DNA of 54,592 bases, taken from positions 18,558 to 73,149 of the forward strand of contig CAZVBY010000001.1 in the NCBI GenBank assembly GCA_964625895.1. The letters are read 5' to 3'. The notes beneath the pieces were generated by a model, which saw only the letters and a list, made by a program, of their open reading frames with translations, had not been told where the DNA came from and did no database searches. The DNA comes from an uncultured Thiobacillus sp. GTDB taxonomy: Bacteria > Pseudomonadota > Gammaproteobacteria > Burkholderiales > Thiobacillaceae. Both the position numbers and the translations under genes were made by a program. How positions within the stretch are numbered: the first letter of the stretch is position 1; each line of letters starts with the position of its first letter. This document shows, in pieces, positions 47,652-54,592 of this stretch.

Positions 47652-49100
47652 TTAGTTGCCGTTGTTGCTGTTCAGGTTTTTGAGTTGCTGAGTGAGAAAA
47701 GCGCTGGTCGCGTTCATGGAACTGACGATCGAGTCCAATGCCGTGAACTGCGCGCGGTAGCGCTTTTCGATCTGCTCCATGCGGGCCAGCAGACTTTCCT
47801 CTTTTTGTTCGAGCGTGCGAAGACTGCGGTTGATGCCTTCGGTGCGGGTGGCCAGGCTGCCTTCGCTGCCAAGCAGGCCATCGAGGTAATGATCAAGTCG
47901 GCGCCCGAAGCCGGTTTCCGTCGTAACGCTGCTGTCACGTGCGAACAAGTTGCCGACGGCTTCGTAGTTTTCATTCAGCGCATGTTCCAGTTTGCTTGTG
48001 TTGACTGCCAGGGTGCCGTCCCGCTGGAACGCGACGCCAGCCTGCGACAGGGTCTGAAAGAAATTGTCTCCCACGCTGCCGCCCATGATTTCGCGCAAGC
48101 GGGCGCGAATCGCGCGCGTGGCGGAATCGCCCTGCAGGGCCGCGCCCTTTTTCGTTGTTTCGTTGTACGCGGTCAGGTCTTTCAACACCTTATCGATATC
48201 GTTGTAGGCTTTGACGAATTCCTCGACCGACTTGGTGACAGACGCGATATCGCGGCTGACATTTAACGTTGCGGGCGTGCCGGCATTGGTTTTGTTGAGC
48301 GTCAGTGTCACGCCGTCGATGACGCCTGTCACGGCATTGGAGGCGTGGCTGACGGCGATGCCATCCACGCTGAACAGCGCATTGCGGGCCTCGGAGAGTT
48401 GATTCAGGTTCTTTCCGGCGCCGGCTGCCGCGAGCGGGTCGTATGCGAGGAAAGAGAGTCCGGCGGCATCGGTGTGATTGCCGTCGCTGTCCGCCGCGGT
48501 GATTTTCAGGCTGTTGGCCGTGCCGCTGTCGTTGGACGAAATCACCAGCCGGTGGCCGCTGCCGTCATAGATGATGCTGGCCGACACGCCGGCGTTGGCA
48601 CGGTTAATGGCATCGCGCACGCCAGCAAGCGTGTTGTTGGTGCTGTCGATGGTCAATGTCAGCGGCGTCTTGCCGGCATTGGGCGTGAAGGAGCCGGCGA
48701 CCGTATCGTGCGTGCCGAATTCGATGGTCAGCGTGCCGGTGCCGATCAGGCTGGACGTGCTGGGCACCGCTGCCGCGCTGAGCTTTTGCTGCTGGGCAAG
48801 CTGGGATACTTCAATCTGGTAGCTGGCCGGTGCGGCGCTGGCGCTGGCGGTGGCCTTGAGCACTGACTCGTCGGTCGATCCTGTGGAATAGACGCGAAAT
48901 TTGTCCAGGCTGGACAGCGCATTGACCGATGACTGAAAGGTGGAAAGCGCGCTCTTCAACTGGCCATAGGCCGAAAGCTGGTTTTCGAACTTCTTCTGGC
49001 GGGCATCCAGTTGCTGAAGCGGCTGTCGTTCAACCGCCATCAACTGGCTGACGATGCCGTTGATGTCCAGTCCTGATCCGACGCCGGGTGCGCTGAGCAT
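47652..49100 (-). CDS. fliD: Filament cap FliD
   Basis: GVGSGLD, V.QLA, FVKAYN, RYRAQFTALD. Confidence 0.96.
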   Translation of the reverse strand: MLSAPGVGSGLDINGIVSQLMAVERQPLQQLDARQKKFENQLSAYGQLKSALSTFQSSVNALSSLDKFRVYSTGSTDESVLKATASASAAPASYQIEVSQLAQQQKLSAAAVPSTSSLIGTGTLTIEFGTHDTVAGSFTPNAGKTPLTLTIDSTNNTLAGVRDAINRANAGVSASIIYDGSGHRLVISSNDSGTANSLKITAADSDGNHTDAAGLSFLAYDPLAAAGAGKNLNQLSEARNALFSVDGIAVSHASNAVTGVIDGVTLTLNKTNAGTPATLNVSRDIASVTKSVEEFVKAYNDIDKVLKDLTAYNETTKKGAALQGDSATRAIRARLREIMGGSVGDNFFQTLSQAGVAFQRDGTLAVNTSKLEHALNENYEAVGNLFARDSSVTTETGFGRRLDHYLDGLLGSEGSLATRTEGINRSLRTLEQKEESLLARMEQIEKRYRAQFTALDSIVSSMNATSAFLTQQLKNLNSNNGN

Positions 49101-49110
49101 CTGTGTTTCC

Positions 49111-49467
49111 TCAGGCTTCCGTACGCAAGGTCAGGCCCTGGAGTCGATCCAGCGCCTGGGCGATTTTCAGCACTTCTTCATTGGGAATCTGGCGGATCAC
49201 CGTGTTCGTTTCGCGGTCGATCATTTTCACGATGGTGCGGCCGGTTTCGTCGTCCAGGGAGAATTCGATCGATGCGGCGGCAGGCTGGATGAACGCATTG
49301 ATCTCGCGCGCGGCCTTGCCCAATTCCGCCTGAGTTTGCGGTTGTGGGACTGAAGCGGGCACAGGCGGGGCGACGCCGGAAGACGGCGCCGTGCCGACCG
49401 GCCGGGCTGCTTGGGTGGCCGATGGGGCGGGCGGCCAGGCAACGGTGTTGGTGAGTTTGTCGATCAT
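49111..49467 (-). CDS. flaG: FlaG
   Basis: IEFSLDDETG, VIRQIPNEEVL. Confidence 0.93.
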   Translation of the reverse strand: MIDKLTNTVAWPPAPSATQAARPVGTAPSSGVAPPVPASVPQPQTQAELGKAAREINAFIQPAAASIEFSLDDETGRTIVKMIDRETNTVIRQIPNEEVLKIAQALDRLQGLTLRTEA

Positions 49468-49531
49468 CCTATTGCTCCTTTTAGAGCCTGTTCAAGCAGG
49501 AATCGGCATCAATCCATGTTGGAACAGGTTC

Positions 49532-49579
49532 TTCATCCGGCACGGGCAGCGAGGTGATATCGCGTGCCGGCCGGATGAA
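49532..49579. terminator. Hairpin downstream of fliC
   Basis: TTCATCCGG...CCGGATGAA and CCGGCACG...CGTGCCGG arms; no clear U-tract. Confidence 0.4.
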
Positions 49580-49591
49580 CTGTTTGCCAAA

Positions 49592-50434
49592 TTAACCGCG
49601 CAGCAGTTGCAGCACGTTGTTCGGCAGCGAGTTGGCCTGCGCCAGCATGGCGGTGCCGGCCTGTTGCAGGATCTGGCCGCGGGTCATGTTGGCGGTTTCC
49701 GTTGCAAAGTCGGCGTCCATGATGCGTCCGCGCGAGGCAGACTGGTTCTCGGAAGCGATCTGCAGGTTAGAAACCACCGCTTCGAAACGGTTCTGCACGG
49801 CGCCCCAGTTGGAACGCTGGGTGGTGACGGCGTCGATGGCGGTATCGATGCTGGCGATCATGCCCTGGGCGTTAGCCTGCGAGGTGATGTCCCCGGTGAT
49901 GACCGTACCGGCGGTACCGATTTGTGCGTTGGCGGAAAGATCGGTGGTGCTGACTGTAATACGGTCTTCGGCGGCGACGTTGTTGGCGCCGACCTGGAAG
50001 GTAAAGCCGGCAGCGGTGTTCAGCAGGTCCTGGCCGTTGAACGAGGTGGCGGCAACCAGGCGGGTGATTTCATCGCCCAGCTGCTGGAATTCGGCATCCA
50101 GATTGGTCCGGTCGCTGCCGCTGTTGGTGGCGTTGGCGGATTGCACGGACAATTCGCGCATGCGCTGGAGCGCATCGCCGATCTTGCCAAGAGAGCCTTC
50201 CGCAGTTTGCGCCATGGAAATGGCGTCGTTGGCGTTGCGCATGGCGACGTTCATGCCCTTGACCTGGGCGTTCATGCGTTCGGCAATCGCCAGGCCGGCG
50301 GCGTCGTCCTTGGCGCTGTTCACGCGCAGGCCGGAAGACAGGCGCTGGATGGAAGTATTGAGCGAGTTCTGCGAAGCAGACAGATTGCGCTGCGCGTTGA
50401 GGGAAGCGACGTTGGTGTTGATCACTGCTGCCAT
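49592..50434 (-). CDS. fliC: Flagellin (280 aa, short)
   Basis: INTN, QRLSSGLRVNSAKDDAAGLAI, GAVQNRF, RIMDADFA, MLAQAN. Confidence 0.98.
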   Translation of the reverse strand: MAAVINTNVASLNAQRNLSASQNSLNTSIQRLSSGLRVNSAKDDAAGLAIAERMNAQVKGMNVAMRNANDAISMAQTAEGSLGKIGDALQRMRELSVQSANATNSGSDRTNLDAEFQQLGDEITRLVAATSFNGQDLLNTAAGFTFQVGANNVAAEDRITVSTTDLSANAQIGTAGTVITGDITSQANAQGMIASIDTAIDAVTTQRSNWGAVQNRFEAVVSNLQIASENQSASRGRIMDADFATETANMTRGQILQQAGTAMLAQANSLPNNVLQLLRG

Positions 50435-50532
50435 TTTTGTATCTCCTTTAAGTTAAGTCCGATTCACTCGGGCGGGTGTCCTTAACATTGGTTTGCCTGG
50501 TGTGGGAGGCATGTCAACCGCTGTTGTTTGTG

Positions 50533-50559
50533 TAATCGGAGGGGGGTGGAGATTGTTTA
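50533..50559 (-). promoter_or_regulatory. Sigma-28 promoter of fliC
   Basis: TAAA-N15-TCCGATTA. Confidence 0.8.
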
Positions 50560-50599
50560 GCGCTGGCTGATCATTTCATTGCCAACAGCCTGCTTGAAA

Positions 50600-52198
50600 T
50601 CATGCGCTTGCTGCGGCCTGTGCCGGGTTGCCGGGGGCGGCGATGCAGACCTTGTTCTTGCCAGTGTGCTTGGCCTCGTACAAGGCTTTGTCGGCGCGAT
50701 CCATGATGGATTCCTGCGCTTCGCCATGTTCGTAGCGCGCCACGCCAGCGCTGAAAGTGATCAGGATCTTGTCGCTCTCGGTCAGGTTCTTTTCACCAAG
50801 GTTCTTTTCGCCGAGGAATATTTTTCGCGTGAGCGCGCGTTGCAGGCGTGTGACGACCATGACGGCGTCTTCCACGCCCGTATTGGGCAGCAGGATCATG
50901 AATTCCTCGCCGCCCATTCGGCCAATGATGTCGGTGGCGCGAAGCTCTTCCTTGGCAGTCTTCACCAGGTGGATGAGCGCCTCGTCGCCGACGAGATGAC
51001 CGTGCGTGTCGTTGAGTTTCTTGAAATTGTCGATGTCGAGCATGGCCACGCACAACGGCGAGCCCGTGCGGATGGCGCGCGAGGTTTCACGCGCGTATTC
51101 ATGTTCCATGCCGCGGCGGTTGAGACTGCGGGTCATCGGGTCTTCGCTGACCAGCGCGCTCATTTCCACCAGTTCCGCTTCCAGTTCCTGGATGCGCCTT
51201 TCGGCCTGTTCCACTGCGCGGCGGTCGTTTTGCATGGCTTCGTGCGTGCGCTGCGTGGCGGCCTGCATGGATCGGGTGTCCTTGATGACGTTTTCCAGAA
51301 TCCGGTTCAGTTCGATGACGTCCTCGGTGTGACTGATCTGGTCGGCATATCCTGTAATTTTTCCCTGGTAATCGCCGGTGGATTCCACCGCCTCGCCCAT
51401 GCGGCTGATGAAGGTTTTCATGGTGCTTTTCAGCGTCGTGGTCGCTTCGCGCAGGCTGTGCTTGACGAGACCTTGCTTGAAGATGACTTCCTTCAGGCGC
51501 TTTTCGGCATCCAGCAGCGCATCGGGGTTGATCGGGCCATCCACAACCTTGCTGACGATTTCGAGCTGGCCGCGCAGCCAGCTGTCTTCGTCCACCAGCT
51601 CACCAATGTTTTGCAACAAAAGCAGAAGCAGGTTTCGTAATGCCTCCTGCTGATTGAGCGCGCCAGTCTGTTGCAATTCCAGATCCAGCCAGAATTTTTT
51701 GAGCGCCTGGGCGGATTTTTCCAGCGCGGCGGCATCGGCCGCATGGCGCAGATCCTGAATGACCTTGGCCAGGTCGCTGGAAAGTCTGGGATAAGTTTGC
51801 AGTTGCGGCGCCACGCCGATTTCCAGCGTCTGGATCAGCAGTTCCGTTGATAGTGAGAGCGTATTGCCGCCACGCCCGATATTTTTCATCTGTCCGGCAC
51901 GCTGGGTGATGAATTCGTGCAGACGTTGCGAGCACTGCACCCAGTTGGCCTGGCGGACGATTTTCTCCAGCTCACCGAGTTCAATGCCGGCATCCGGATA
52001 TACCCTGCGCAGATCGGCGATAAGGTCTTCGAGAACCGCGCCGGGGTTAGGACCCAGACGCGATCCGGAGATTTCGTGGTACAGCTTCTGGTAGTTGTCC
52101 GGTGTCGGGGCAATGCGGCTCAAGGCCAGACGCCTGAGCGCTTCACGCGCGATTTCGGATGGATTGCTGAGGGTTTGTCGGTCGTTTGGTCCAGGCAT
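50600..52198 (-). CDS. Cytoplasmic diguanylate cyclase (helical N-terminus plus GGDEF domain)
   Basis: DPMT..LNRR, DIDNFKKLNDTHGH..GD, RATD I-site, GGEEF, ADKALYEAK. Confidence 0.95.
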   Translation of the reverse strand: MPGPNDRQTLSNPSEIAREALRRLALSRIAPTPDNYQKLYHEISGSRLGPNPGAVLEDLIADLRRVYPDAGIELGELEKIVRQANWVQCSQRLHEFITQRAGQMKNIGRGGNTLSLSTELLIQTLEIGVAPQLQTYPRLSSDLAKVIQDLRHAADAAALEKSAQALKKFWLDLELQQTGALNQQEALRNLLLLLLQNIGELVDEDSWLRGQLEIVSKVVDGPINPDALLDAEKRLKEVIFKQGLVKHSLREATTTLKSTMKTFISRMGEAVESTGDYQGKITGYADQISHTEDVIELNRILENVIKDTRSMQAATQRTHEAMQNDRRAVEQAERRIQELEAELVEMSALVSEDPMTRSLNRRGMEHEYARETSRAIRTGSPLCVAMLDIDNFKKLNDTHGHLVGDEALIHLVKTAKEELRATDIIGRMGGEEFMILLPNTGVEDAVMVVTRLQRALTRKIFLGEKNLGEKNLTESDKILITFSAGVARYEHGEAQESIMDRADKALYEAKHTGKNKVCIAAPGNPAQAAASA

Positions 52199-52225
52199 CT
52201 TGATCTCCCTGTTGGGTATGCCTGA

Positions 52226-52287
52226 ATCCTAAGCGGCCGTGTGCGCGGCCAAAACCGGGAGAAAACGCCCTAAACGGGCTTAATTGA
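52226..52287 (-). promoter_or_regulatory. Candidate FlhDC-type promoter of the cyclase gene
   Basis: GGGAGAAAACG...CTTAATTG arms with a -10 TAGGAT at 52226-52231, 26-27 nt from the arm. Confidence 0.45.
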
Positions 52288-52295
52288 ACGAATTG

Positions 52296-52943
52296 TCAGT
52301 CCACAAGCCCGTTTCGGATGGCGTAATGGGTCAGTTCGGCGTTGTTTTTCAGATGCATTTTTTCCAGCAACCGGGTGCGGTACATGCTGACGGTTTTGAC
52401 GGAAAGCGACAGATCTTCGGCGATGGCAGAAACCGGCTTGCCCGAAGCCAGCAGGCAAAGCGTCTGGAATTCGCGATTGGAAAGCGCCTCGTGCGGCAGC
52501 GCCTGGCTGCCCACGCTGATTTCCGAGGCCAGCGCCTCAGCAACCGGCGCGGTAATGTAGCGGCGGCCTTCGATGACCTGATGGATGGCCGATACGAGTT
52601 GATCCGGCGCGCTTTGTTTGTTGAGGTAGCCGCAGGCCCCTGTTTTCAGGGCGCGTATCGCATATTGGGTTTCGCGATGCATGGAAAGGACCAGTACCTG
52701 CATTTTGGGGCGCTCCTTTTTGAACAGTTCGATCAGTTCCAGCCCGTTGCGATCGGGTAGCGAGAGATCCAGCAAGGCGAGGTCGAACGGCATTTTTCTG
52801 ACCAGTTTCATTGCCTCGGCGGCGTTTTCCGCTTCGCCCGTCACCTCGATGTCGTCCGTGTCGGAAAGGATTTGCCGGATACCGGCACGGACGATGGCAT
52901 GATCGTCAACGATCAGGGTATGGATTTTGGTGTGCGGCGACAT
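52296..52943 (-). CDS. NarL/UvrY-family response regulator
   Basis: VDDH.IVRAG, LLDLSLP, LSNREFQ, LSVKTVSMYRTR. Confidence 0.95.
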   Translation of the reverse strand: MSPHTKIHTLIVDDHAIVRAGIRQILSDTDDIEVTGEAENAAEAMKLVRKMPFDLALLDLSLPDRNGLELIELFKKERPKMQVLVLSMHRETQYAIRALKTGACGYLNKQSAPDQLVSAIHQVIEGRRYITAPVAEALASEISVGSQALPHEALSNREFQTLCLLASGKPVSAIAEDLSLSVKTVSMYRTRLLEKMHLKNNAELTHYAIRNGLVD

Positions 52944-52975
52944 GAGGACTCCAACAGCCTGTTTCAACGTTTGCT

Positions 52976-54454
52976 TCAAGTGCGCTTGCGGGTTATTGAC
53001 CCCGGCGCTGGTTTCGAACCTGGCATCGCAGCCGGGATTTCCAGTGAGACAAGCGTGCCACCGCCGGGGTTCGGCTCGACGGTTACTTTCCCCCCCATCG
53101 CTGCGGCCCGCTCGGACATGCCGAGGATGCCAAAAGTGCGCGAAGTGGTTTTTCTCTTAACAAATTGCGGGCCAACCCCGTTGTCGGCAACGGTCAGACG
53201 CAGTTGGCCGTTGCGTTGCGACAGGCGTACTTCGGCGGACGTCGCGCCGGCGTGCTTGGCGATGTTCGTCAATGCCTCTTGCGCGATGCGAAATACAGTG
53301 ATCGAGGCATCCGGTTCCAGCGCGATTTCCTTGCGACTGGTGAAAAACCGACAGTCAATGCCGACCATTCGGCAAACTTGCGCTGCCTGCCAGCGGATGG
53401 CGGATACGATGCCAAAATCCAGAGCGGGCGGGCGCAGGTCGCTGGCGATGCGATGGACTGCATCCAGCGCGCCGTCCGTGATGTCATTGAGATAGGCCAG
53501 CCGTTCGGCGGTTTTATCGGGTCCGATTTCCAGATGGCGCGTGAGCCAGGCAATGCCAATCTTGATGGCGGTGAGATTGCCGCCCAGATCGTCGTGCACT
53601 TCCTGCGCAATGCGTTTCCGTTCGGTTTCCTTGACTTCCTGGATATGCCGGGTCAGGTGGCGCAGCTGTTCCTGGGACTGTTCGATTTCAGCCTTGGCCA
53701 GCTTGCTCTGGGTTATGTTGAGCATGATGCCGTCCCAGACCGTGCCTGACGGCGTTTCTCGCCGCATGGCGCGGATGCTGACCCACTTTGTGTCTTTCCA
53801 TGCCTTGATCCGGATACGGCCTTCCCAGTTAAAAGTCAGGTGGCAGCCGTTCGCGTCGGCAAGACTCTCCAGGTAGGACGGGCGGTCCTCGGGCAGGACG
53901 AGCGTGGCAAAGCGGGCAGGGTTTTTTTGCAAGGCTTGCGGCTTGACGCCCAGCAACATGGCGGAATGCGCGCTGACGAAAGGCAAGCTGAAGCGTCCCT
54001 CAAGATCGCGGTGCGCCTGAAAGGCCATGCCGGGAATGTTCGAAACAAGCGCCTGGTAATCGGCCTCCCGCTGATCCGGTTCGCTCAGGTCGCGGATCAA
54101 CAGGGCATTCAGTGCCTGATCGCCCTCCGTGAAAGGCAAGGCCCGTACCTCGGCATGAAGCTGCGAACCATCCTTGCGCAGCAGGCGGCAGTCAATGTTG
54201 CGCAGATCGTTTGCGCGGGAAGGCGCAGAGAAAAGCGCGGATCTGGCAGCGCCATCGGCCAGGAAAACCGCACTGGCAGGCTTGCCGCGCAATTCCTGCA
54301 AAGTGTATTTGAGCGCCAGACGTGCTGCGCGATTGGCATCGACGACTTGGCGTGTGTCGGGATCGATAATCAGGATTGCGTCAAAAGAACCCTGAAACAG
54401 CAATCGCGCCAAACTGGCGCCAGAACCGGTTTTTATTGTCAAGCTGGGTATCAC
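52976..54454 (-). CDS. Soluble PAS-PAS HisKA_3 histidine kinase
   Basis: Two PAS-like regions; RIAQEVHDDLG, LRPPALD, QEALTNIAKHA, DNGVG, GILGMSER; no TM helix. GTG start. Confidence 0.93.
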   Translation of the reverse strand: MIPSLTIKTGSGASLARLLFQGSFDAILIIDPDTRQVVDANRAARLALKYTLQELRGKPASAVFLADGAARSALFSAPSRANDLRNIDCRLLRKDGSQLHAEVRALPFTEGDQALNALLIRDLSEPDQREADYQALVSNIPGMAFQAHRDLEGRFSLPFVSAHSAMLLGVKPQALQKNPARFATLVLPEDRPSYLESLADANGCHLTFNWEGRIRIKAWKDTKWVSIRAMRRETPSGTVWDGIMLNITQSKLAKAEIEQSQEQLRHLTRHIQEVKETERKRIAQEVHDDLGGNLTAIKIGIAWLTRHLEIGPDKTAERLAYLNDITDGALDAVHRIASDLRPPALDFGIVSAIRWQAAQVCRMVGIDCRFFTSRKEIALEPDASITVFRIAQEALTNIAKHAGATSAEVRLSQRNGQLRLTVADNGVGPQFVKRKTTSRTFGILGMSERAAAMGGKVTVEPNPGGGTLVSLEIPAAMPGSKPAPGSITRKRT

Positions 54455-54592
54455 CTAAAGCCGCCGCATTCAAATAAAACAGTCGGCCGCAACACTTCCG
54501 GCGGGCTAACCCGCTAGCTGGATGATGACTCGCCAGCTTTTTTCTTTTGCTACTACACCTTTAAATTAAAGTAAAACATTAAAGATGTCTAG

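Noticed and set aside
49391..51640. Long plus-strand ORFs (364 aa and 353 aa)
   Set aside because: Antisense shadows of fliC and the cyclase, expected in GC-rich DNA with biased codon usage.
1..54592. tRNA, rRNA, integrase or transposase genes
   Set aside because: None recognisable; the intergenic gaps are short and largely accounted for by promoters, terminators or repeats.

Overview
A GC-rich proteobacterial chromosomal window; the gene order suggests a betaproteobacterium, which is an inference. The first ~7 kb holds housekeeping and accessory genes: two thioredoxins, an SNase-like nuclease, rmuC, an MtfA-like peptidase, a PLP aminotransferase, an Ala/Pro-repeat lipoprotein, rlmM and a GlcG/HbpS-type heme protein. 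About 7.4-50.4 kb is an essentially complete flagellar gene cluster: flhDC, motAB, flhBAFG-fliA, a second stator pair, flgNMA, flgB-L, fliE-R, ycgR, an FlhB-like and a second FliK-like gene, fliTSD, flaG and fliC. No chemotaxis genes are present. The window ends with a GGDEF cyclase and a PAS histidine kinase / NarL-family regulator pair. The most interesting signals are: (1) a membrane-anchored, FAM173-like methyltransferase coupled to flhC just before motA; (2) a secreted Met/Pro/Trp-rich repeat protein with tandem FNR-like boxes inserted in the cluster; (3) two clusters of CCCCCTT..AAGGGGG palindromic repeats inside fli operons, one read in frame into fliI and both supplying Shine-Dalgarno-like sequence; (4) a 149-bp MITE next to the fliL promoter; (5) an FlhDC-type promoter in front of the diguanylate cyclase; (6) a G-U-supported 5' UTR hairpin on the lipoprotein gene. 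All family assignments come from motif recognition by eye; no searches were run.
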